A stretch of DNA of 64,000 bases from a virus. Made by a program: the position numbers and the translations under genes. Shown here one piece after another: positions 18,623 to 26,740 of the stretch; position 1 is the first letter of the stretch, and every line of letters begins with the position of its first letter. The stretch spans positions 676 through 64,675 of the IMG/VR virus record IMGVR_UViG_3300031992_000093; one strand, given 5' to 3'. The notes beneath the pieces are model-generated. The model was not told where the DNA came from and did not search any database. It worked only from the letters and a program-made list of their open reading frames with translations.

Positions 18623-18851
18623 GGCTGTTGTGTATTATGTTAAGATACTCTTCGTTTGAATGTGCAGACCAATAGCCGTCATTGTTCTCACAAAGCCAGT
18701 CGCCCTTTTCGGCACAACCGCCCCATTTGAGAATATACATCAGCCATTCAAAGCCTGCCTTGTCATCACACTTTTTCACTCCCTTGACACAGGGGAGCTT
18801 TAAGATGTCGGTCACATTGTCGCCGATCTGAATTGCTTGTCTGAATATCAT
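18615..18851 (-). CDS. Hypothetical protein
   Basis: 78-aa ORF, tightly packed. Confidence 0.65.
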   Translation of the reverse strand: MIFRQAIQIGDNVTDILKLPCVKGVKKCDDKAGFEWLMYILKWGGCAEKGDWLCENNDGYWSAHSNEEYLNIIHNSHE

Positions 18852-18854
18852 ACG

Positions 18855-19070
18855 TTACTCTTTTATTACGATTACTAAATCACCTCCTATCTGGAAGCCT
18901 TTCTCGAATAGTTCCTTGCACCGCTTGGGGACATTGGCCCACCTGCTCTTGTGTTTGGAGAAACATGTGCAGAATCCCATAGTGTCCTCACGACCTGCAA
19001 GGAAGAAGGGGCAGGTTCCGCACATCGTCGGCATTTCATAGAATGTATGTCCGTTAATAGTCATCACCAA
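18855..19070 (-). CDS. Small Cys-rich hypothetical protein
   Basis: CGTCPF...C..F...C pattern. Confidence 0.65.
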   Translation of the reverse strand: MVMTINGHTFYEMPTMCGTCPFFLAGREDTMGFCTCFSKHKSRWANVPKRCKELFEKGFQIGGDLVIVIKE

Positions 19071-19890
19071 ACAGGCTTAGTTGGATGGGGGCCGTCTTTG
19101 GCCTTGCCGATGGCTCTGCCTTGACTGGCTCCACGATTACTGCTTCTTCGATTCTGGGGCTTTCCTTGGCCTGTTCCCTCGCTTTCCATAGACGACACCC
19201 GATGAACACATTGGAGTCTGTAAAGCGTCGTATGGTAGGCAAAGCGGGGAAAGGATAAAGCCCCTCATTCACGATGTAGCCGAACCGGGCCTCTCCTGGT
19301 TCGCAAAGGGTGTCGTGGCAGATGACCTCGCCGTAGCACCCGTGAATCATCATATTGATTGCCGTCTGCTTGCAGCACATGGCATCGATATCCTCACCTA
19401 TGAGATAGGGCTTTTCGGCACCGATGCGCTCCAGCTTGCTTGCAGCGGCCAGAAGGAGGCGACCACTGCCACAGGCGCAGTCGCTGACGGTGATACGTCG
19501 GCCAAAGCCGTTGCAGTTCACTTGCGGAACATCTGGCTTGGTGTCGCCAAAGGTGCAGTCGGCCATCATATCACAGATGCAGGCTGGAGTAAAGCACTGG
19601 CCGAGGGCGTTCTTGCTCCCGGCCCATTCCATAAAGAGGTCGCCAAAGGCATCATGCCAGCCGTCATGAACGAGAGCGTCCTGCATGATGTTGAAGTACA
19701 CGGACATCATCGTGTAGAAACACTGGTTCTGCTCCTTGTTGTACCGCCATCCCTCGACGGGCTTTCCATCTGGATTCATGAAGCCGATGATGTAGTCAAG
19801 CAGAGCGGACAGAGTTTCAGCCATGCCAATGCCATAGCGGTAGCCGAATTTCTCCATTTCCTGGGAGAGAGGTTTTATTGAGTACTTCAT
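19054..19890 (-). CDS. N6-DNA-methyltransferase-like protein (SAM-binding part only)
   Basis: Motifs LGQCFTP, DCACGSGRLLL and GEDID are present. No NPPY/DPPY motif is seen. Ends QLSLFGDDY. Confidence 0.75.
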   Translation of the reverse strand: MKYSIKPLSQEMEKFGYRYGIGMAETLSALLDYIIGFMNPDGKPVEGWRYNKEQNQCFYTMMSVYFNIMQDALVHDGWHDAFGDLFMEWAGSKNALGQCFTPACICDMMADCTFGDTKPDVPQVNCNGFGRRITVSDCACGSGRLLLAAASKLERIGAEKPYLIGEDIDAMCCKQTAINMMIHGCYGEVICHDTLCEPGEARFGYIVNEGLYPFPALPTIRRFTDSNVFIGCRLWKAREQAKESPRIEEAVIVEPVKAEPSARPKTAPIQLSLFGDDY

Positions 19891-21311
19891 GCCGCTTTCT
19901 TGAATAGTCCGATGTTCTGCTCTACCAGCTTCACAATCTCGTCGTGGAACTTGGTTTTACCGTTCTGCAATGCCCTCGACTGAATGACCTTCCACGTCTT
20001 GATGTTGAGTTCAATCGTCTCGAGGCGGTGGCCTTCCTTGTCTTTGGCAGATAGAATGAGGCTGTTAGGATGCTTCGTGTGGTCATAGTAGCCGTTAGCA
20101 TATACGCAGTGGTGCATCATTGTGCCCTCTTCGGCCATTTCCTTGACGCTGCAGATGACAGTTATTGCGATATGCTCATTACCAAAGCAGATGCCGAAGA
20201 ACATGCCTCTGTGCTTCTTATACTGCTTCTCGTATTTCTCAGCCTGTGCAATCTGCCTTTTCAGTTCCTCGGCTTTCTCAATCCGCGTCTTCTTATCCAT
20301 CAGCCTGTCGTGCTCATGCTTCAAGTTCTCCGGGCAGACATAGTGAGGATTGCGGGTGTCTTTATGGAAGTAGTTCAGCAGGTCGATGTAGTCAAACCAC
20401 ATTGAAGCGTCTTTAATGACGTAGTGATGGCGGTTGCAAATCCTCACTATCGGCATCCATACCGATTTGTCCTTGAAGTGGCCACCTGTGCCAAACCAAT
20501 AGTCTATGACGTTGTACTGGCCTGTCTTGGCAAGCGCCTCGACGGCTGGATCTGTCAGCAGTCCACGCCAGAGGGCAACTGGGCTTGTGCGCATCCTAAA
20601 CATCCTATTGCTCCATCCGTTGCGTTTGAGGATTGGAAGAATCTTGGCTCTTGGATAGATGTATTTGTTTTCGAGAGAGTAAACGTCCTCGTATGAGTAG
20701 TAGCCAGTTGAATAGGAGTTGTGCTGCTTCACTTTCCACTCGCTGTACATGTGCCATCTGAAATGATACCAGCTTCTTGTGTAATCCTTCGATAAGATGA
20801 CCTCCTTCCCCTTATTAGGCTCAAACCAGACCTGGAAGGCTTCGAATACATGGTCAACCGTATCGCTGCCTAATGATTCTGACTGGTGCCAGTTGAAAAC
20901 TCTCACAACCTGCATCCCGTCGCATGTGGTGACGATGCAGAAATTGAAATTATGCTCAACGTCCTTTTTACGATCCCAATTCCAGCTCTTCACTTCAAGC
21001 TTTCTTCCGCATCTGGAGCAAACGTGGCTGTTGGTCTCTTTTATCTTGACTGCGACAGCCAAAGGTGGGAGTCCTACTTCGTCAATTTGACCGCACTCCT
21101 GGCACCATATACAGCTGTGCTTTCCGTGATAGCCTCTTACTACATAATAGCCAAGTGCGGCCATCTTACTACGTGCCCACAATCGCTGTTCCTCTGTGAG
21201 AGGCGGCAATGTGTCTGCCAAATCGAGGCACCTCTGCTGAAGCTTCGTATGAGGCCTGCGGCCCTTTACGGTCTCTACCGGGGTAGATAATAATAAACTT
21301 GCACTACACAT
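19887..21311 (-). CDS. PcfJ-like protein
   Basis: N-terminal Zn fingers, then WFDYIDLL, CPENLKHEHD, EEGTMMHHCVY and RLETIEL. Confidence 0.85.
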   Translation of the reverse strand: MCSASLLLSTPVETVKGRRPHTKLQQRCLDLADTLPPLTEEQRLWARSKMAALGYYVVRGYHGKHSCIWCQECGQIDEVGLPPLAVAVKIKETNSHVCSRCGRKLEVKSWNWDRKKDVEHNFNFCIVTTCDGMQVVRVFNWHQSESLGSDTVDHVFEAFQVWFEPNKGKEVILSKDYTRSWYHFRWHMYSEWKVKQHNSYSTGYYSYEDVYSLENKYIYPRAKILPILKRNGWSNRMFRMRTSPVALWRGLLTDPAVEALAKTGQYNVIDYWFGTGGHFKDKSVWMPIVRICNRHHYVIKDASMWFDYIDLLNYFHKDTRNPHYVCPENLKHEHDRLMDKKTRIEKAEELKRQIAQAEKYEKQYKKHRGMFFGICFGNEHIAITVICSVKEMAEEGTMMHHCVYANGYYDHTKHPNSLILSAKDKEGHRLETIELNIKTWKVIQSRALQNGKTKFHDEIVKLVEQNIGLFKKAA

Positions 21312-21315
21312 AAGC

Positions 21316-21843
21316 CTACATCATGTCAAATAGTGATAACTGCAAGGACTTCTGGCGCTCTTCCGCTTCTCTCTGCTTCCTGATGCGTTCCTCCTTGGCC
21401 TTGCGCTCCTTTTCCTCACGCTTGCGCTCTTCCTCCTTTAGCTTCGCAAGCTGCTCCTTCTCATAGTCAGCCTTGGCTTTCTCCTTCGCCTCGGCCTTCT
21501 CTTCCTCAGAGAGTTCGACGGTGTGGTTAACGACCACCTTCGCACTCACTGGCTTTACGTCCTTGATGTCATCCTCGTCATAGTAGTGAATGGCCATGTT
21601 GTAGATTTCGTCGTCATCGAATCCGCAACAGCCGGACTTCTTCACTTCCTGGAGAATGTAGTTACAGCACTCGTCAAGGTTCTTATTCTCCTTGGCGTAG
21701 GTCTGAGCAAACAGCGTGTCCTCTGCAGCTCTCTTGTCAAGATACGCCTTGATGGTGTTCTTGAACGAGGTGGAAACCTTCTCACCTCTTGGAGCGGACT
21801 TCTTCTGTTCCTGCTCCTTCTTGGTCTCATTCTTTGTTGCCAT
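21316..21843 (-). CDS. PcfK-like protein (family that includes AcrIIA9)
   Basis: FKNTIKAYLDKRA..D.LFA..Y.KENKNLDECCNYI..GFDDDEIYNMAIHYYDED. Ends QLSLF. Upstream of the PcfJ-like gene. Confidence 0.85.
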   Translation of the reverse strand: MATKNETKKEQEQKKSAPRGEKVSTSFKNTIKAYLDKRAAEDTLFAQTYAKENKNLDECCNYILQEVKKSGCCGFDDDEIYNMAIHYYDEDDIKDVKPVSAKVVVNHTVELSEEEKAEAKEKAKADYEKEQLAKLKEEERKREEKERKAKEERIRKQREAEERQKSLQLSLFDMM

Positions 21844-21860
21844 ATCAATATTGCGTTGAA

Positions 21861-22604
21861 TTAAAGTTTTCTTCTGTCCTGCCCCTTTATCTCCAGGTAG
21901 TTGCACATTTCCACAAGGCGGCTGGCCACACGGTCGCCGTAGCGTTGTATGAGTGTGTTGTGCGACATTGGATAATTGGAGGTGAACAATGTGATTAAAT
22001 CCGTCCTGTCACCCCTCGATTCAATGAGGTTACGCAGGACTTCCAGTTTGTTTCCCATGAAGCAGCACTCGGTAGGTTCTGCCCCAAGGTCTTGAATGCC
22101 GATGATGTTGGTTTTCTTATAGCCGTCGATGTTGCCAGTGTTGGTGAATCTGGCACACACATCATCTGCACTTACGTTAGTCCAGACAAGCTGATTGAGC
22201 TTGTCATCGAAGGTTATCTGGAATCCCATCAAGCGTGAGTATTCACGGATGATTTCGAGAGCCCACGACTTGCCTGTGCCAGTGTTCCCGGCAATGTAGA
22301 TACCACGCTTCAAGTTCCCCTTGCGTACCTCCTTGCTGTCTGCATCGAGGCATTGCATGGAAGCGTCGCCGTGTACCCACTTGATCAGGTTGGTGTAGGC
22401 GAAGCGGTTCTCGTCATCAATCACGAACTTCTGCGTCCTGCTCTTCCCCAATATCTCTATCATCTGCAGGGACTCGTTGATGTCATAGTCCATGTAGCGG
22501 TAACGGATAATTTCATTGAACAGGCCGCGCTGCTTCATCTTGGCCAGAAGGAAATCTATCCTGGCCGTGTGGACAACTTCGCCTTTCTCGTTCTTTATTT
22601 CCAT
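21861..22604 (-). CDS. DnaC/IstB-like ATPase (helicase loader)
   Basis: Walker A GNTGTGKS, then IQDLGAE, TSN and RYGDRVASRL. Follows the initiator gene. Confidence 0.85.
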   Translation of the reverse strand: MEIKNEKGEVVHTARIDFLLAKMKQRGLFNEIIRYRYMDYDINESLQMIEILGKSRTQKFVIDDENRFAYTNLIKWVHGDASMQCLDADSKEVRKGNLKRGIYIAGNTGTGKSWALEIIREYSRLMGFQITFDDKLNQLVWTNVSADDVCARFTNTGNIDGYKKTNIIGIQDLGAEPTECCFMGNKLEVLRNLIESRGDRTDLITLFTSNYPMSHNTLIQRYGDRVASRLVEMCNYLEIKGQDRRKL

Positions 22605-23323
22605 AAATCATTCACTTTGTTATTGGTTCCAGAAGATGATTCCTTGCCGCTCTTCCTCAGTTCGTCTTTGTACTTGTCAACGACCCAGTTGAGAATAGCC
22701 CTGTAGTCTGACTTGTAGGATCGGCCAGTAGCGGCCTTGTAGTTATCAAGGAGTTCAACCAGCCTCTTTGCTCCGGACTCCCCATATTCTGCTACCAGCT
22801 TGGAATACTCAGCCTCGGTCAGCTTGACCGTCTCAGCGTACTTGTGCTTGACATCAGACTTTGGTTTTGCCGGGGCTTTTGCCGATGGATTTGCCGTCTC
22901 GTTTGCTGCATCATTTGTCGCGGCAAAACGCTTGTTGGTGATGGATGACCCCCTGCGTCCGGCTTCTGCACGCTTCTCACTTATTTCAGAGTCGCGTATC
23001 ATCCGCTTCTGACAGAGATAGTTGCCATCCACATAGAGGACACCTTCACCGACAAGCTCTTTCAGGGCATTAAGAATCTCTTTCTTGTCGTATGGCATGT
23101 GACGAACCAACTGGGATGCGAACTGCTCCAGCGGCTCGATGCCACCGAAGAGGGAAATATCCCTCGACTTGATGGCTATCTTGCCGTAGGGGTCAGACTT
23201 ATGCATCATGCACATCAGTCTGATGTAGATGCCTGTTGCCGATGCAGAACACTCCAGCAGCTTTTCATCGTTGAGGAAGTCCTGCACGTTCAACGGCAAA
23301 CATGGTTGGTCTCTTAATGCCAT
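22595..23323 (-). CDS. Phage replication initiator (DUF1376/YdaU-like N-terminus)
   Basis: PCLPLNVQDFL..GIYIRLMC, KRAEAGRRG and C-terminal YKSDYRAILNW. Contains internal iterons. Confidence 0.8.
   Translation of the reverse strand: MALRDQPCLPLNVQDFLNDEKLLECSASATGIYIRLMCMMHKSDPYGKIAIKSRDISLFGGIEPLEQFASQLVRHMPYDKKEILNALKELVGEGVLYVDGNYLCQKRMIRDSEISEKRAEAGRRGSSITNKRFAATNDAANETANPSAKAPAKPKSDVKHKYAETVKLTEAEYSKLVAEYGESGAKRLVELLDNYKAATGRSYKSDYRAILNWVVDKYKDELRKSGKESSSGTNNKVNDLWK
22866..22927. repeat. Iterons inside the initiator gene
   Basis: TTTG(C/T)(C/T)G at 22866, 22878, 22890, 22902 and 22914 (exact 12-bp period), plus an inverted CGGCAAA at 22921. Confidence 0.8.
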
Positions 23324-23328
23324 AATCT

Positions 23329-24207
23329 CTACTTCTCGTTATAAACCAGTGAGAACTCTTTCGGAACGAAGCCCTTGGCAGGCATCGGCACGGCTTTCTC
23401 GATGCAGAGCGTAGCCGTCCGCACCTGGTACTCGCCGCCTTCCTTCTCTGCACGTTCCTTGCGCTTTTCCTCGCATTCCTGCAGATACCTGCTGATGACC
23501 ACCAAGGCACGGTTCGTGTCGATGGTGTTCACGATGAAGGACTGGTGCAGCTCAACGCCATCGTCATAGGTGATCTTCATATCCATCTGGAAGAACTTCT
23601 TCTGATCCTCCCTGATGGGTTCTTCATCCTCCTTGCTCTCTGTCTTGGCATTGATGTAGGTCTCCATGTCGATTTTGTCCTGAATATAGGCCACGTCGAT
23701 ATTCTCCTTGCTCATTTCGTCGGTTAGGATGATGCAGGAGTCCATTTCCTTGATGGCCGTGAACACGAAACCGCCGCTCCTGTTCAGCTCCAGGTAGTCA
23801 CGCATGATTTCCAGAACATTCTCAATGCCACAGGCGTAGAGGATGAAGCGAAGATTATCCTTTCCGATGCGGACGTTCACGCTGTAGGGGTAGAGGGCCG
23901 TGTTCTCCAGCTCGTAGGCCTCGCGGTTCTGATTGCTGACCTCAATCTCCTTACATTCCCCTGCTGCCTGTGAGAACTGAATCTTCTGGAGAACGTCGCG
24001 GGTGATGAGAGTGCCTTTCTCGAAAAGCACCTCATTGCGCTCTATCTCACAGGGCTTTCCCGTGTCGTGGTCGAAGAACGTCTCTTTCCAAGTTTTCAAG
24101 ACCTTCTTGCAGATGTACTTGTTAAGCATCCGCTTCGGGTCAGCTGTCGTGATGCGGATTTCATCCTTCCGCGTCTCAACCTTCTTCTTGATTGATTTCT
24201 TTGCCAT
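23329..24207 (-). CDS. Hypothetical protein with a segment resembling Bacteroidota RNA polymerase beta
   Basis: VLKTWKETFFDHDTGKPCEIERNEVL resembles, from memory, RpoB VLKTWxEDFVDEDTGEVVSIERNEVI. Confidence 0.7.
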   Translation of the reverse strand: MAKKSIKKKVETRKDEIRITTADPKRMLNKYICKKVLKTWKETFFDHDTGKPCEIERNEVLFEKGTLITRDVLQKIQFSQAAGECKEIEVSNQNREAYELENTALYPYSVNVRIGKDNLRFILYACGIENVLEIMRDYLELNRSGGFVFTAIKEMDSCIILTDEMSKENIDVAYIQDKIDMETYINAKTESKEDEEPIREDQKKFFQMDMKITYDDGVELHQSFIVNTIDTNRALVVISRYLQECEEKRKERAEKEGGEYQVRTATLCIEKAVPMPAKGFVPKEFSLVYNEK

Positions 24208-24209
24208 AG

Positions 24210-24800
24210 TTACTTACCATTTGTTGTGAACATCATAAACTCAGCCCAGATGTCGAGGAACTGCTTTCCTGCATACTCCGCTAACTCTTCTGTCTTGAAG
24301 CAGAGCCGACCACCGACGCCCGTGTTCGAGTACGTGGAGGCGTTACTCGTGCTCGAATAAGCGACACCCGCGTTCGCGTGCGCATTGTTGACCGAGCGAC
24401 CGAGCACCCGGCGTTTGTTCTCTTCTTTCATTTCGTCAATCTCCTTCTGTGTGTAGAGAACGAACCAGGGATAATAGCGGTATTCATCAGTTGTGAACTG
24501 CGGAGTCCATCCCTCATTCAATGCAGCTGTGATGATTCTTACCTTCAAGTAGGCAATCAAATCCTCAGACAGCGCATCACCACGGTAGGCTGATGATGTC
24601 TGTAGATATTGGACTACCAGAGGATGGTCTTGGCCAAGCTCATTGCAGGCATCCTCGAATGTCTTGACGCGATCCCTGATGTCCTTTGGCTTGAACAGCT
24701 CCTTGCCGAGAAGATGTTCCAGCAGTTCCTTACCCTCGGGGGATGCGTTCTTATAGGCATTCAGCGCATTCTCTTCCGAAATTTTAATTTCCTTTTTCAT
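24210..24800 (-). CDS. DGR target 2: non-structural protein with a variable region near its C-terminus
   Basis: Contains VR2 (RVLGRS...AGVAYS...GGRLCF), homologous to the TR. Confidence 0.9.
   Translation of the reverse strand: MKKEIKISEENALNAYKNASPEGKELLEHLLGKELFKPKDIRDRVKTFEDACNELGQDHPLVVQYLQTSSAYRGDALSEDLIAYLKVRIITAALNEGWTPQFTTDEYRYYPWFVLYTQKEIDEMKEENKRRVLGRSVNNAHANAGVAYSSTSNASTYSNTGVGGRLCFKTEELAEYAGKQFLDIWAEFMMFTTNGK
24299..24412 (-). repeat. DGR variable repeat VR2
   Basis: 114-nt ungapped match to the TR with 10 mismatches, all at TR adenines (coding strand). Confidence 0.95.
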
Positions 24801-24996
24801 TGTTACTTTCTTTAATTGATGATTTGAGTTTCTTATCCAGCTTCTTCGCCATCAGCCGCATGAGCCTTGCGCGGTTCTCCAGTCGCAGGGTTCCTATACC
24901 GAGTTTTTTCCTGCTGCATACCTCGACCTCTACGAGTGCTGCAGATTCTTCCAGAAACCGGATGATGTTCTTGATATCTGTCTTACATACTTCCAT
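24784..24996 (-). CDS. Small basic hypothetical protein
   Basis: 70-aa ORF between the MBL hydrolase and DGR target 2. Confidence 0.65.
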   Translation of the reverse strand: MEVCKTDIKNIIRFLEESAALVEVEVCSRKKLGIGTLRLENRARLMRLMAKKLDKKLKSSIKESNNEKGN

Positions 24997-24997
24997 G

Positions 24998-25753
24998 TCA
25001 GTACGGTTCTTTGGATAGGTCGAGCGTCATGCCAGCATTGGCGGCGTACACGCACTTTCCCGTCAGCTCTGAGACCTCACGGACAAAACGCTTCTCGTCG
25101 GCGTTTCCGTCGGAGAGGTGAATCAGGATGATGTTGCTAACGTCCGAGAGGTCGTTGTCCTGTAGTATGAGCTTGGTGGTGCCAATCTCCATGTGGGATT
25201 TCAGCAGACGGGGGCGCATAGCCGGGGGAACGCTGCCGTTCTCAATATTCCTGGTCAGAATGTCGTCGGCATAGTTCGCCTCAATCATGATGTGGTTCAT
25301 GCGAGGCACAACCATGTCAAGCGTCATGGTGTCGGTGACGAACAGGATTCTTCCGCTTTCGGGATGGTCAATGACATAACCGAGGCATCCGCATCGTGTA
25401 CCGTCGCTGTTGGAATGGTTGAGGGCTATCGGCATAATCTTGAAGTCGCCAACCTTGATGCCGTGCAGCGGCTCGATGGCCCTGGTGAATGGAGCACCGA
25501 GCAGCTGCTTGGCTTCAAGTGTCTCAGAGAGTGCCAGAACCAGTACCCCGGAAGCGGCCAGTTCGCCGATGTACTTGGCGTGGTCATTGTGATGGTGGCT
25601 GATGATTGCCCCTACAATGCCGTTTATCTTGAATCTGAGAGCCTTTTTCACTTCCAGAAACCTTACACCTGCCTCTACTATCAGAGAGCCGCTGGCGGCC
25701 TCCAAAACGTAGCAGTTGCCAAGTGAGTTGCTTCCAAGGATATGCAGTTTCAT
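24998..25753 (-). CDS. MBL-fold metallo-hydrolase (YycJ/WalJ-like exonuclease)
   Basis: Motifs GSNSLGNCY, SHHHNDH, FVTDT, IEANY and LIHLS. Adjacent to recT. Confidence 0.9.
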   Translation of the reverse strand: MKLHILGSNSLGNCYVLEAASGSLIVEAGVRFLEVKKALRFKINGIVGAIISHHHNDHAKYIGELAASGVLVLALSETLEAKQLLGAPFTRAIEPLHGIKVGDFKIMPIALNHSNSDGTRCGCLGYVIDHPESGRILFVTDTMTLDMVVPRMNHIMIEANYADDILTRNIENGSVPPAMRPRLLKSHMEIGTTKLILQDNDLSDVSNIILIHLSDGNADEKRFVREVSELTGKCVYAANAGMTLDLSKEPY

Positions 25754-25774
25754 ACTTCGTCTGGCTTTGATGGG

Positions 25775-26713
25775 TTAATAACCTGGTTCGTCATCGTTCG
25801 CGGGAGCTGCAGGAGCTGGGGCAGGAGCTGTGCCGGAGTCCTGACCCTGCGGCTGCTGAGTGGTTCCGCTGTTCGTGACGTCCTCATACTCCGCATCTTC
25901 GAGCTTGGTAGTAGAGCGGCCCTGCACCTCTGCGTCACGCTGGCGCTGTGCGGTGTCCACATCATCCTCGTCTTGCTTGCCCTCATAGAGCCATGCGTCA
26001 TCAGAGCTGTTGATGACCATCTTACAGGCACGGCCGATGACCGTCTTTTTACACATTTCGGCCGGGAAGTTCTTGTGTGCCGGACTCTGGCCCTTGGTGG
26101 CTCCCTGATTCCAAGCCTTCTTGATTTGGTCAATGGTCATGATAGTTACCTCAGTTCTGCCATCCTCAAAGGTGGTGATGGCGTAAGCTGCCTTGATTTT
26201 TGCATCGTCGATGTTCTCAATCTTCTGGTCGTGCTTGATGACCTTCATGAGTCCTGTTTCAGGATCGATGGTGTACACGAACTCGTCACCCTCATAGATG
26301 ACGTTGGCAACTGGTTCACGCTTGATGCCGCCGCCTACACGCTTTGCCAGTGCAACGGTGCCGAAATAGGAACGCTGGAACTCCAGCTTGTTTCCGTAGG
26401 CAATGAAATAGCCTTGCGCCTTGCTTACGGACAGGCCCTGCAGAACCATGTCGAAGATGGCGTTGGCAATGGATGCCTTTGTGCATACTTCCAGCACTGG
26501 CTTGTTGTTGCGGTCAACGGCCTCTTGGAGGATAAGCCATGCTGATTTCAGATTGTTGCCTACCGAGTAACTCTTGGGGAGTACGAGGCTACCGTCAGCG
26601 GTAAAGCTCTCGACTCGCTTCATTACGAGGTCAGCAACGTTTTCGTACTTGACTACAGCAGTCTGTTGCTGCTGTGCGCCCGGCTGGGCTGTTGTCGATT
26701 GATTCTGTGACAT
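25775..26713 (-). CDS. recT: RecT-family single-strand annealing recombinase
   Basis: Motifs CTKASIANA, QGYFIAYG, FQRSYFG, VIYEGDEF and EMCKKTVI. Confidence 0.9.
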   Translation of the reverse strand: MSQNQSTTAQPGAQQQQTAVVKYENVADLVMKRVESFTADGSLVLPKSYSVGNNLKSAWLILQEAVDRNNKPVLEVCTKASIANAIFDMVLQGLSVSKAQGYFIAYGNKLEFQRSYFGTVALAKRVGGGIKREPVANVIYEGDEFVYTIDPETGLMKVIKHDQKIENIDDAKIKAAYAITTFEDGRTEVTIMTIDQIKKAWNQGATKGQSPAHKNFPAEMCKKTVIGRACKMVINSSDDAWLYEGKQDEDDVDTAQRQRDAEVQGRSTTKLEDAEYEDVTNSGTTQQPQGQDSGTAPAPAPAAPANDDEPGY

Positions 26714-26740
26714 ACAATCTTGAATTTAGGGTGAATAATA

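Noticed and set aside
11133-25005. Partial matches to the sRNA target motif (ACTGATATG at the 11135 start, TACTGACATG at the 24996 start)
   Set aside because: Only 9-10 nt and overlapping stop/start junctions, so they could be chance. Not counted as targets.
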